A stretch of 64,000 nucleotides of DNA, from NCBI GenBank assembly GCA_963718515.1, contig OY970354.1, positions 46,363 through 110,362 on the forward strand, given 5' to 3'. Positions within the stretch are counted from its first letter, which is position 1. Every line of letters begins with the position of its first letter. The notes under the pieces were generated by a model. The model was not told where the DNA came from, did not search any database, and saw only the letters and a list, made by a program, of their open reading frames with translations. Below, piece by piece: positions 46,928 through 55,859 of the stretch. This DNA is from an uncultured bacterium. Its GTDB lineage: Bacteria; Patescibacteriota; Minisyncoccia; UBA6257; 2-01-FULL-56-20. Made by a program: the position numbers and the translations under genes.

Positions 46928-47668
46928 ATGTTCACGCCAAAAACCAAGAGGATCGACGAGCTGGCAAAGAAATTCCCCGACCGGATTGCCGAACTGGAAG
47001 GCATTTTCAATCAGAAAACGAATGTCTATATCGACTATGCCAACATCAGGCCTTGGGCGAATAAATTAGGATGGCACATTGAACCACGACGATTGAAGCA
47101 ATTTTTGGATTCTTTTGATACCGTTCATGCAGTTAATTTTTATAACGGCACATTGACGGGCGATTCTGATTCCGAAGTTTTTATGGCTGAGATAAGGCGG
47201 TATGGCTTCAATGTCCATACGAAGCCGGTCAAGAAGATGAAGCTCTCTATCGACGTTTCAAGTATCCCGTCCAATTCACCGGATATTCTAAAGGATTTTA
47301 TTCGTAAGCCCTTACTCCAGAAACTCAAGATTGAAACAACCGAATTTTTGAATGGCCAACTGAAAGACCTGAACAGCCAAGGGGTTTTATTCATCGAAGA
47401 CCTCAAGTGTAATTTTGACGTGGAAATCGGCAGAGATATGCTGCTTGATGATAAAAATAGGGTAACCAGCTTTGTGCTTTGGAGTGGCGACAGCGATTTC
47501 GCCGATCCAGTTCAGCAATTATTGGGCGATGGCAAAAGAGTCGTTTTATTCGCGACGGCCCGCCGCGTTTCTTCGGAACTTAACGCGCTCACCCACAAAG
47601 GACTATTCATTTTCGATATTCAAAAGATCAGAGATTTTATCTGCTGGAAAAAAGAAATAGCCCCATAA
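46928..47668 (+). CDS. NYN-domain (LabA-like) nuclease family protein
   Basis: 246 aa. Motifs are VYIDYANIRPWA, NFDVEIGRDML and LWSGDSDFADPV. The promoter TTGCGT-N16-TATACT ends 6 nt before the ATG. Confidence 0.7.
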   Translation: MFTPKTKRIDELAKKFPDRIAELEGIFNQKTNVYIDYANIRPWANKLGWHIEPRRLKQFLDSFDTVHAVNFYNGTLTGDSDSEVFMAEIRRYGFNVHTKPVKKMKLSIDVSSIPSNSPDILKDFIRKPLLQKLKIETTEFLNGQLKDLNSQGVLFIEDLKCNFDVEIGRDMLLDDKNRVTSFVLWSGDSDFADPVQQLLGDGKRVVLFATARRVSSELNALTHKGLFIFDIQKIRDFICWKKEIAP

Positions 47669-47674
47669 AATTGC

Positions 47675-47712
47675 AAAGGGGACTCCTTTCGGAGCCCCCA
47701 AGCTTTTGATTT
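47675..47712. terminator. bidirectional terminator between convergent genes
   Basis: GGGGACTCC-tttc-GGAGCCCCC with one mismatch. An A-run lies on one side and T-rich sequence on the other. Confidence 0.55.
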
Positions 47713-47859
47713 CGTGATCATTACTGATCCCTATCAGGTTATTGCAAAGCGAGCCGCTTGTCAATAACCCTTAATTAATACCGGGATTTATTAGGTTTTG
47801 TTTCAGGGGGCTATAGCTGGATACCAACGGGCTGCCAGTGAGATCAGAAGCACAACTTT

Positions 47860-49479
47860 CTATTTCTTATCCCTTGCCTCGCGCTGTTTTTCCAAGATAA
47901 CATCCATCAAGATCAGTCGTGATTCGGAATCGACGGCGCGTCCGCTTCGCAAATCGTCAATAAATTTTTCTTGCATCAAGTGTAAATCCCATAGCGACAT
48001 CTTCCTTAAATTTTCTAATTCGCCCATTTTTTCGGGACTAACTTTTACTCTCGGTTCGCCACCCTCTGCGAATTCAAATGAAACTCGATTTCCCGTTTTG
48101 CGTTCGCTCAATTTGTCGGCCGCGAGAATTTTGTCGATCACGCGAATCATGATCATACTATGCAAAGTTCCGAATTGTTTTTGGCCTCTGTTACTATCCA
48201 ACCATTCTTGAATCCCGCGCTTAACCTCGTTTAGTATTTCTTGCGGTGGAGTCCCTTGCGATAGATAGTAAGCAATATCAGGGTCTTTGATTTGTTCGCC
48301 CAACGTTAATGTATCTTGATAAATATCTCCGGTGATCGGAACATCAATCAATTTTAGGCTCTCCAAATCTTTCGATGATTCGCCACCGAATAACGACGAA
48401 CGGCCTTCTGCCCGATTAATGGTTCCTATTATTTTTTCAATCGAGCGTGAATCTTGAGACGTAATGGCATCAACTAATGCGTCGCTCATTTTTTCTGCAA
48501 CCATCGCTTCTTCATCGGAAGATGCGCCAAGATAATCTCGCCATTCGGCAAGCGGTTTTTCAGTACCCGTGCCCGATTTTTGTTCATAAGGCGGAATCGT
48601 GTTGTAGGGGATGTTATATTTAGCGCCCGCTTCAGCAGCTGCCGTATTTAGCTTTGCCACAAAAGCATTTTTTTGATCAGTGGTAAGAGCATCTTGATAT
48701 TCTTGCAACTTCCCAAACGCAAACCAGTACCAACTGCCGATCGCCTGAATCACGTCCGCATTCGATCCCTCCGCTTTCATCACATCGTCAAGATGATTTA
48801 ATGATCCCTCGATTTCCGTGCTCGCCGCGCTGTTTTCCAGTGCAATCGCCCTCGCTTCAAGGTTTTCAATGTGAGACAGATCAGCCCCCGCTTCTTTCGC
48901 TTTGGCAATGTCTTCAAAAAGTCCGTCCATGGCACGCTTGCTGGTAATTTGTTTTTCGCGAACCGCTTGCTCCGCTATCTGTAAACTGCTATCAACCACT
49001 CGTAGCCGGTAATCTTTTCGCCCCTGTTCTTTATCGTGTCCGATCTCTACTGCATTTTCTTGCGGCTTGGGTTCGTGATTTTCCATACCTCCATTATCTC
49101 CTTGAACAGCCCTTGCGTCAACTGAATCTTCGGGTGATTTTTTGACCGAATCTATTTCTGATTTTGCTTCGCGAGAGATGGTTTCTGCTTCGGCGTTGAT
49201 TTCGCTTAATTGCTCGTCAATATGATATTCATTTCGTAGTCCGCGCAATGCTTCATCCGAAAAATCGAAGCTCTGGCCAGCATCTTCGATTTTTTGATTT
49301 CCTTCAACCGCGATTGACGCCGCTTCTTGCGAAATCTCCGTCTCGGCAACTTCGGCATGAGCTTCTGGCGATGCTTCGATTGTAATTTCCTGACGAACTT
49401 CCGCGACGGGAATTTCAGGTGTGGGCTGTTGTTCCGTCGGTGTTATATTTGATTGCTCGAAATTTTTGGATTGATTCAT
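47860..49479 (-). CDS. hypothetical protein, acidic N-terminal third, no recognisable domain
   Basis: The 539-aa ORF is intact. Its start overlaps the stop of the upstream 71-aa ORF (ATGA). Confidence 0.6.
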   Translation of the reverse strand: MNQSKNFEQSNITPTEQQPTPEIPVAEVRQEITIEASPEAHAEVAETEISQEAASIAVEGNQKIEDAGQSFDFSDEALRGLRNEYHIDEQLSEINAEAETISREAKSEIDSVKKSPEDSVDARAVQGDNGGMENHEPKPQENAVEIGHDKEQGRKDYRLRVVDSSLQIAEQAVREKQITSKRAMDGLFEDIAKAKEAGADLSHIENLEARAIALENSAASTEIEGSLNHLDDVMKAEGSNADVIQAIGSWYWFAFGKLQEYQDALTTDQKNAFVAKLNTAAAEAGAKYNIPYNTIPPYEQKSGTGTEKPLAEWRDYLGASSDEEAMVAEKMSDALVDAITSQDSRSIEKIIGTINRAEGRSSLFGGESSKDLESLKLIDVPITGDIYQDTLTLGEQIKDPDIAYYLSQGTPPQEILNEVKRGIQEWLDSNRGQKQFGTLHSMIMIRVIDKILAADKLSERKTGNRVSFEFAEGGEPRVKVSPEKMGELENLRKMSLWDLHLMQEKFIDDLRSGRAVDSESRLILMDVILEKQREARDKK

Positions 49480-49691
49480 CGTTGTATCGATTTCTTGATT
49501 TCCGCCAGCTTCTCTTGCCGCAGGACTTCAACGAAATTTGATATGATGTTATCTCGACGTTTTTTCAATTCAATCAGCCGCCCAACATGCCTTTGCTTGA
49601 TTGCGTCAATTTTTTTATTCTTTTGTTCGTCAACGGCTGACATACAACCCAGTTTACATGCTTTTCCCCTCATTTTCAACGGCAGGTCCAC
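49476..49691 (-). CDS. small basic coiled-coil-like hypothetical protein
   Basis: The 71-aa ORF is translationally coupled to 47860..49479. The true start may be the internal Met at 49643. Confidence 0.4.
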   Translation of the reverse strand: MDLPLKMRGKACKLGCMSAVDEQKNKKIDAIKQRHVGRLIELKKRRDNIISNFVEVLRQEKLAEIKKSIQR

Positions 49692-49837
49692 TTCACTGGA
49701 CTTTCCGTATCCGTCCCCGCTATACTAAGCTTGCGCGAACGCGCAGCCATCCGATTATGGCGCACGTTACCAAGCGTAGTATAGATTCCCGACGCATCCC
49801 TGATGCGCCGTTTTTGTATCTGGTAAAATGAAGCAAT

Positions 49838-50521
49838 ATGTTGCGGTATCTGTTCACGTCAAAGTATTTCAAATACGGTCTCAGTTTGACGCTTTTGGGA
49901 GCCCTCGGCATAGCCCTCTTCGGCGTGTTCCGCATCGCCGCTTTTTCATATTTCGGCCCGATCACTTTGCCCTACACGACGCCGATTGACGACATTTCAG
50001 CCATCCTCTTTTTCGGCGGCTTGCCCGTCTTTGAAGCCATCGCTTTGCATAAATGGCTGTATGGCGACATACGACAGGAAATAGAAGCGAGAGAACAGAA
50101 CCAAGCGACAGTTTCAGTGCAAGAAATCGCTCCGGCTGTTGCGACTTTGGCGGCAGCGACCATCATGCCAGTTGCCGCGCCCGTCGCCACCCCTTCCACC
50201 ACCACCGATCTTGTTTTTATGGACGAAGAAGGCATTTTGAGACTTGACAACACGACCGCTGAACTGCCAGCCATGAAAAGCGAGCATCTGCTCTGCCGCG
50301 CCATGTTCAAGTATCCGGTGGGCAAGTTGGTTGATTGGACTATCCCCTATGAGGAGATGACGGGCGAGGAGCTGAACAAGGTGAACTATCCCGACGAATA
50401 TTGGAAAGCATGGCACTCGCTTTATGACACGACGAAAGCATTGAACACACGAGTGAACGAAGGGCTTGGCATTGAGCGCTTGGTGAAATGGAAAGACAAC
50501 ACATTGCAACGGACAAGGTAG
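49838..50521 (+). CDS. membrane protein with a possible C-terminal winged-helix-like domain
   Basis: 227 aa with two N-terminal TM helices. The C-terminal ~90 aa loosely resemble an OmpR-type DNA-binding domain, with low confidence. Confidence 0.45.
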   Translation: MLRYLFTSKYFKYGLSLTLLGALGIALFGVFRIAAFSYFGPITLPYTTPIDDISAILFFGGLPVFEAIALHKWLYGDIRQEIEAREQNQATVSVQEIAPAVATLAAATIMPVAAPVATPSTTTDLVFMDEEGILRLDNTTAELPAMKSEHLLCRAMFKYPVGKLVDWTIPYEEMTGEELNKVNYPDEYWKAWHSLYDTTKALNTRVNEGLGIERLVKWKDNTLQRTR

Positions 50522-50595
50522 ATTTTCGTCGTCGTTTTTCGTTTGAGTCAAACGATTCAAACCCAGTCAAATAGCTGTCCGGTACGCTTCATCAT

Positions 50596-50790
50596 GTGAA
50601 GCGCCAATTTTCCGAACAACTTATCTCGCGCATGATCGAATATGCGCACCGCAAATGGAACCTACGCATTTCAGAAGACGAAGCGGAGGAACGTTTGCGT
50701 TCCCTTGCGAGCGTCTACATCACCGTCTCGAAGATTCGGGCGCGGAAGCACAAGGAAAAGTTAGACGACAACCAAACCCATGCAAGTTAA
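50596..50790 (+). CDS. small hypothetical protein
   Basis: The 64-aa ORF has a GTG start and overlaps the next ORF by 11 nt. Confidence 0.3.
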   Translation: MKRQFSEQLISRMIEYAHRKWNLRISEDEAEERLRSLASVYITVSKIRARKHKEKLDDNQTHAS

Positions 50791-51262
50791 CTTCACCCGC
50801 GTACCGAATAGGATTCTTACGGCGCTCATCACGCTCGATTTGACGAAGCGGCAGATCAAAATTATCTGCCTTGTCTTGCGCCTGACGTATGGCTGCCACG
50901 TGCCGTGGGCGTTTTATGAAAAGAAATATTTCCGTGCCGCAGGATTGCATAGGAGCGCGATCGGGGCCGAACCGACGAGAAACATCTTCTTGCAAGGGAT
51001 TTCCGCATATAACGATTATGTTGATGCCGATCCTGATGAAAAGAAAGAATTGCTTTCTGAACTACTCTGGAACTTTTCGATACAAAACAAAATTGTTCAG
51101 GATTTCCGCTTCAAACCGACGTATGAAGCTATCGCAAAAGAACCGAAACCGACCAATTTTGCAATGATGTGCCCAGGAGAGGACTTGAACCTCCACGCCT
51201 TTCGGCATCAGCTCCTAAAGCTGACGTGTATGCCATTTCACCACCTGGGCAGAATACTATGA
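50780..51262 (+). CDS. phage replication protein O-like N-terminal domain protein (3' extent unreliable)
   Basis: MQVNFTRVPNRILTALITLDLTKRQIKIICLVLRLTYG matches the FTxIPNxLL...L(S/T)xxExRVLLxIxRxTYG pattern of Rep-O N-terminal domains. The last ~30 codons read through tRNA-Leu, so the gene is truncated or fused. Confidence 0.45.
   Translation: MQVNFTRVPNRILTALITLDLTKRQIKIICLVLRLTYGCHVPWAFYEKKYFRAAGLHRSAIGAEPTRNIFLQGISAYNDYVDADPDEKKELLSELLWNFSIQNKIVQDFRFKPTYEAIAKEPKPTNFAMMCPGEDLNLHAFRHQLLKLTCMPFHHLGRIL
51170..51250 (-). tRNA. tRNA-Leu (anticodon TAG), long variable arm
   Basis: The cloverleaf gives acceptor GCCCAGG/CCTGGGC, anticodon stem TCAGC/GCTGA, loop TTTAGGA, variable arm GCC-GAAA-GGC and a T-loop TTCAAGT. 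Confidence 0.85.
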
Positions 51263-51304
51263 TTTACGGGCTTCTTTGGGTAAGTATATGACATATTCCT
51301 ATAT

Positions 51305-51333
51305 TTGACAATACCATATATATATGGTATTCT
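51305..51333 (+). promoter_or_regulatory. promoter TTGACA-N17-TATTCT whose spacer is a 20-nt perfect palindrome ATACCATATATATATGGTAT
   Basis: -35 at 51305-51310, palindrome at 51311-51330, -10 at 51328-51333. An RBS GAAGGTGAG lies upstream of the ATG at 51402. Confidence 0.6.
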
Positions 51334-51401
51334 GTTCCCAGTAGTATTGTCATCATTTCAAAGGGACATCGTCCCATTTCAAGAGAGAGAAGGTGAGAAA
51401 C

Positions 51402-52976
51402 ATGGCAGATGACTCGGCAAAAGACCGCAAGTGGTGGTGGTTCATAAGAGACGCCGGGATTTCCCTGGTGACGGCCCTTGGCCTTGATCTCTTGATGCAG
51501 GAGATCAAGAAGAAAGGCGCGCAGATGGCCGCGGAACAACTCGGGAAAATCGGCGAAAAGGTCTTTAAGGACCAGCGCGCCGAACTCCTGGAGGACTTCA
51601 GGATACTGGAGCAAAAAGATCCGAAGAACACAGCCAATCTTAAGCGCAGGCATTGCAAGGCAATAAAGGAGCTCAAGGAAGGCCGGTTCGTAACCCTGCT
51701 CTGCAAGATCTGTCCCACTGAAACCGAGGGACGCCGCGATACGCTCCTCTGGCTGAACAACATGTCCGATAAGGACTTCGACCAGTACCTCTATATGCTG
51801 GAGCATGATACATGGCTTCAGTGGTTAGAGCGTGGGTGGCGCGGTCTCTGCAGGATTTGTGAAAAGGCCTGGAACGACCTGAAGTCGGGGCTCAACCGAT
51901 TCCGTCGGCGCGCGAGGAGTATGGGCACAACCGCCATCGTGAAGTTCAGGCAAGGTGCCCAGGGAACGTGGGATCGCATTGATCGCTTGTTCAACTGGCT
52001 CAGGCCTGACGGATCGATCGAATCCTGGATTCGCTTGATCCTGCTTTGCTTGCCGGTGTTCGCCCTGATCGCTTTACTGCTTGGCTTTGCGACCCTGACG
52101 TTCATCGTCGTGAGCGCTCGAAGGCTGGGGCTTTGGACATACCTGCGTGGCCTGATCGGCATCATGCTCCTTCTACTCGTCTGGCTACTCATGGAGCATG
52201 GCCATCGACCCTCCCTGACCATAGCTTTGATCCTGACGGTAATGCTTATCTGTCTTTTCAGATACAGCATTCTCAAAATTCCACTCTGGTTCCTTTTCGT
52301 CTGGCTGTTGTTCGCCTGGATCTGCAGTCGTACCGACATCGCCCAACACAAGATCGAAGTTGGGTGGCATCGGTACGCGAAGGGACATGACCACAACTCA
52401 AGCAAGGGAACGGGGGTAAATCAGGCTCAGTCCCCTGCGGATCCGAAGGGTCGCGTTGCACCCAAGGAAATCCCTATGGAGGAACCGCTCAGTTCGGGTC
52501 GCGCCGATGATGAAGACGCGATAACCGATAAGACTCCGATGTTGTTAGCGCCAGCTTCGGCCTCTCCTGCGAACACTGCGGGGAGCGCCGGTCTGCCGCG
52601 CGGGCCGCTGCAAGTCATGACGTCTCAAGATCAACTGAGCGTCTGGATCGACAAATGCCGCCACACGGTAGGAGGAAAATTCATTACCTGTGACGTATTC
52701 GTCGAAAGCGAGGCCGACAAGGCGCAAGAACTCGCCTTCAAGGAAGGCGGGGCGGCAACGGACAACGAAGGGAATACGATCCCTATCGCGCTCGGCGGGA
52801 TCACCTCCGGCGCAGGATGGAACGTAACCCTTCAGCATGGGATCCCCACAAAGTTTGGTCTTCGCTTTAGAGATCCAAGCCAGGGGAGCTCGAAACAAAC
52901 CACGATCAAATTCCACGTGCGATGGAACGGGAATTATGGCGATATCGACACGCTCGCCAGCATTCGAATTTCCTAA
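51402..52976 (+). CDS. orphan Trp-rich polytopic membrane protein with soluble N- and C-terminal domains
   Basis: ORF 51393..52976 trimmed to the ATG at 51402 behind a strong RBS. It has 4-5 central TM helices and no family was recognised. Confidence 0.6.
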   Translation: MADDSAKDRKWWWFIRDAGISLVTALGLDLLMQEIKKKGAQMAAEQLGKIGEKVFKDQRAELLEDFRILEQKDPKNTANLKRRHCKAIKELKEGRFVTLLCKICPTETEGRRDTLLWLNNMSDKDFDQYLYMLEHDTWLQWLERGWRGLCRICEKAWNDLKSGLNRFRRRARSMGTTAIVKFRQGAQGTWDRIDRLFNWLRPDGSIESWIRLILLCLPVFALIALLLGFATLTFIVVSARRLGLWTYLRGLIGIMLLLLVWLLMEHGHRPSLTIALILTVMLICLFRYSILKIPLWFLFVWLLFAWICSRTDIAQHKIEVGWHRYAKGHDHNSSKGTGVNQAQSPADPKGRVAPKEIPMEEPLSSGRADDEDAITDKTPMLLAPASASPANTAGSAGLPRGPLQVMTSQDQLSVWIDKCRHTVGGKFITCDVFVESEADKAQELAFKEGGAATDNEGNTIPIALGGITSGAGWNVTLQHGIPTKFGLRFRDPSQGSSKQTTIKFHVRWNGNYGDIDTLASIRIS

Positions 52977-53046
52977 GCCAACTTAGGATGAGACCCCTGA
53001 CAGTTTTTACTGCCGGGGGTCCTTTTTATTATTTAACCCACCAAAA

Positions 53047-53075
53047 AACAAAAAGCCCCGCGTGGGGGCTTTTTG
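53047..53075. terminator. bidirectional terminator
   Basis: AAAAAGCCCC-loop-GGGGCTTTTT lies between convergent genes. Confidence 0.75.
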
Positions 53076-53096
53076 AAATCTTCTCCGAGGGCCGAA

Positions 53097-53498
53097 TTAG
53101 CAAGCCTGGAGACTGCCGCCAGTGGAGCTGAACACGCTTCCAACAACAAGCGGAAGGGCGCGGGCCAGGAGGCCTACACCAATGGCGATGGCCGCGTAGA
53201 GCAACGTGGCTCCAGCGCTTTTTACCTTCTCCGGATCGCCCGCCGCGGTGAGATACTTGAATGCAGCGACGATGACAAAGATGATCGCAAGTACGACGAG
53301 GAAATAGAATGCCCAGAGGAAACCAATACACAAGAGACCGAGGATACCACCAATGCTCGTGATTCCACTGGTAGGACCACCTACTGAGCCCGGAAGTGCG
53401 GGCGATGTGTTTGATGTCTGTGCGAACGAGAGCACCGGCAGAACCAATGCAATGATCGACGGGCTGAATTCCTTTGCAAAATTGATTACTTTCTTCAT
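53097..53498 (-). CDS. TrbC/VirB2-like small pilin-type membrane protein, paralog 1
   Basis: 133 aa. It has a signal peptide, TM1, the loop FKYLTAAGDPEKVKSAGATLLYAAIAIG and TM2. Cys residues lie before TM1 and at the C-terminus. Confidence 0.6.
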   Translation of the reverse strand: MKKVINFAKEFSPSIIALVLPVLSFAQTSNTSPALPGSVGGPTSGITSIGGILGLLCIGFLWAFYFLVVLAIIFVIVAAFKYLTAAGDPEKVKSAGATLLYAAIAIGVGLLARALPLVVGSVFSSTGGSLQAC

Positions 53499-53591
53499 TT
53501 TCTAATGAATATTACAGAATGTTCGACCTTTCGAATTTACTCTATGAGGATACCATAATGGGTCTCTTGTGGGCAAACCCAAAAGCCCAAC

Positions 53592-53978
53592 CTAGCCTAG
53601 GCAATCCACATTGGCACTTACCTTGGTGGGGAAAACGCTTGCAACGATCGAGGGGAATCCTGCGGCGAGGAGGGCGACCGCAACCCCTACTGCGGCATAG
53701 GTCAACGTCCTCCGCGCCCGCGACGTTTTTTCCGTGTCGTCGCCGGCGGTAACGTACTCAAAAGCTGCGTACAATACCATAATGACCGAAACGATAATGA
53801 TGATCCAGAAGAACCAATCCACAACGCTACACAAAAACTCCTGAAGATCGGATGCGTCGGTAATCGGAGATGTCGCCCCGGAAGTAGAAGCGGCTAATGC
53901 CGTAGAGATCTGTATGCCCCATAACATCGGCGCGATGAGAATCGGCGATGAAACAAAAAATCTTTTGATCTTATTCAT
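53592..53978 (-). CDS. TrbC/VirB2-like small pilin-type membrane protein, paralog 2
   Basis: 128 aa with the same architecture. The loop is FEYVTAGDDTEKTSRARRTLTYAAVGV. Confidence 0.6.
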   Translation of the reverse strand: MNKIKRFFVSSPILIAPMLWGIQISTALAASTSGATSPITDASDLQEFLCSVVDWFFWIIIIVSVIMVLYAAFEYVTAGDDTEKTSRARRTLTYAAVGVAVALLAAGFPSIVASVFPTKVSANVDCLG

Positions 53979-54048
53979 GGAACGCTAAGATTTATTTCGA
54001 CCGTTTTTATTACTATCAGTATGGCACATTCTCCCTAAAAACTCCATG

Positions 54049-54432
54049 TTAATTATTCGGCAGGATGCTCTTAATAATATAGGGAACCCCGCCTGCAATA
54101 AGCGCTAAGGCGAGTCCTATGGCGGCATAGGTTATGGTTTTTCTCCCTTTTGAAAACTTCTCCGGATCGCCTGCGGCGGTCATGATCTGAAATGCCCCGA
54201 CAAGCACCATAATGACGCTGAGAGGAATCGCAACGTCCGTGATGAGAAATCCCATGACGCTTTCCAACACGCTCAAAAAACTTTCACTTCCCTGATTGCA
54301 ACCGGTTCCCAACGGATCACATAATTTGACCGGATCAGTTTGGGCGAACGCGATGCTCGCCACCGCAAAAAAGGCCATCACACTTCCGCTCACCCCTGCC
54401 ACCTTCTTCCAAAGTCCTTTCATTCCCTTCAT
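54049..54432 (-). CDS. TrbC/VirB2-like small pilin-type membrane protein, paralog 3
   Basis: 127 aa. The loop is FQIMTAAGDPEKFSKGRKTITYAAIGL. Confidence 0.6.
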   Translation of the reverse strand: MKGMKGLWKKVAGVSGSVMAFFAVASIAFAQTDPVKLCDPLGTGCNQGSESFLSVLESVMGFLITDVAIPLSVIMVLVGAFQIMTAAGDPEKFSKGRKTITYAAIGLALALIAGGVPYIIKSILPNN

Positions 54433-54441
54433 TATAGCAAA

Positions 54442-54996
54442 TCAATACGCGGGATTCGTTGCGGCGGGCGCGGTGGCGGCACCGGTGGTGCAGAAGCTGA
54501 GCGGGAAGGATTGGCCGGAGAGCGTGCTCGTCGCGCTATAGAACGCACCGACCGAGACGTCGAGCTTGCATGCGGCGGTCGTTGTGACGCCAAGCGTGGC
54601 GAGAAACGCCTGCTCCGCCGCGGGGCGCACGGCATTGAACTGCGCGGGGTCGATGCCGATCCAGAAACTGCTGCCGATCGTATCGTAGGTGATCTCGTAC
54701 TCGGTCGTGCTCGCAATGATCACCGTATCGCCGCCATCCGTAACGTCCGGATCCGCCAGATAGAAGTTATTCACTTGGACGGAGCCATTTGCCGTGCCGA
54801 TCGTAAGAAGTGGAGTCGTGGGCGCATCAGGGATGGCTTGCGATGCCGGAAGCGTCGCTTCATATCCCGCGCCTGCGGGCACCGTCGTCACGCCGGCCGC
54901 CATGCCGTTGCGCCTGCTCGCGATAAGAAAATACGCACCGATGCAAATGATGAGCAGTGCGGCGATTGCGACGATTATTATAGTGCGAGGTTTCAT
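54442..54996 (-). CDS. N-terminally anchored extracytoplasmic hypothetical protein
   Basis: 184 aa with one TM (IIIVAIAALLIICIGAYFLIA). It is embedded in the pilin-like cluster. Confidence 0.55.
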   Translation of the reverse strand: MKPRTIIIVAIAALLIICIGAYFLIASRRNGMAAGVTTVPAGAGYEATLPASQAIPDAPTTPLLTIGTANGSVQVNNFYLADPDVTDGGDTVIIASTTEYEITYDTIGSSFWIGIDPAQFNAVRPAAEQAFLATLGVTTTAACKLDVSVGAFYSATSTLSGQSFPLSFCTTGAATAPAATNPAY

Positions 54997-55020
54997 GGTG
55001 GAATGGTGATCAGGGCGTCA

Positions 55021-55854
55021 TTAGCAGCCGTTGCCGGGAACGCCGTTTATGTGCACGTTGCCGCCGGTGGTCGTGGGGTAGATCTTACTTCCGGCGCATC
55101 CCGCGTATTCATCAGCGGCGGTGGTGTGGCAGGTGATAGCGGCATTTACGAGCGCATTGATCTGGTCGCAGGTCGGATTGTTCAATGCGGTATCAACGCA
55201 ACAACCATCCTGATGGCACTTTGATTGGTGCGGCACGGTGGGCGGCATCGCTTCCGTCACGGTAAAGTCGCCCTGGCCGACGATATTCTGGATGCACTCC
55301 AGCGTATCAACCATATCCTGCGATGCCGAACAACTCGACTGGCCGTTGGGCTGTTGGCTCGCGGCTTTGCAGGCGAATCCGTCGTCGCTCAAACTCTGGC
55401 ATCCATCCCCCACGCATCCGGTGGCCGTCGTGCCATTGCCCGGACCCGGACCGCCCGTGGGGCCCGTGATGTTCAATGTTTGTAGAGGCGGCAACGTCAA
55501 ATTGACCAACTGCGGATTGATCACATAAAGCACAAAATACGCGCCGCCGAGAAGTAATAATCCGAGGAGCGCCGCCTCTATCCACTCCTTCGCATCGCTC
55601 TGGCCCGAGGGGTTGCCCGCGGACGTCATATACTTTACGCCCCCATAGACGATGACGCCGAAGGCCAGCACGCCGCCGATCATCAGTGCAAATTCATAAA
55701 GATTGCCGACGAAGGCGCCGGGACCCTGGGTGGCAACACTGTACGTGCCGGGGATATTCGCCGTGATCTGTGTTTGCGCGGAAACAAAGAACGGCACGAC
55801 GAACACCGAGAGTGCTATCGCGATCAGTGCAAAGAAAAAAATATTTTTCTTCAT
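55021..55854 (-). CDS. pilin-type domain protein with a Cys-rich C-terminal extension, paralog 4
   Basis: Trimmed to the ATG at 55854 (MKKNIFFFALIAIALSVFV). The loop is VKYMTSAGNPSGQSDAKEWIEAALLGL. It is followed by a ~140-aa domain with 14 Cys. Confidence 0.55.
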   Translation of the reverse strand: MKKNIFFFALIAIALSVFVVPFFVSAQTQITANIPGTYSVATQGPGAFVGNLYEFALMIGGVLAFGVIVYGGVKYMTSAGNPSGQSDAKEWIEAALLGLLLLGGAYFVLYVINPQLVNLTLPPLQTLNITGPTGGPGPGNGTTATGCVGDGCQSLSDDGFACKAASQQPNGQSSCSASQDMVDTLECIQNIVGQGDFTVTEAMPPTVPHQSKCHQDGCCVDTALNNPTCDQINALVNAAITCHTTAADEYAGCAGSKIYPTTTGGNVHINGVPGNGC

Positions 55855-55859
55855 GAGGA

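Larger units (their letters stand above)
46798..51169. mobile_element. putative integrated element or genomic island abutting the 3' end of tRNA-Leu(TAG)
   Basis: It lies between the Xer-type recombinase gene and the tRNA 3' end. It contains a phage replication-protein-O-like N-terminal domain, a NYN nuclease and several orphan ORFs. It is visibly more AT-rich than its flanks by eye. A degenerate resemblance to the tRNA 3' half occurs at 46798-46825. Confidence 0.35.
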
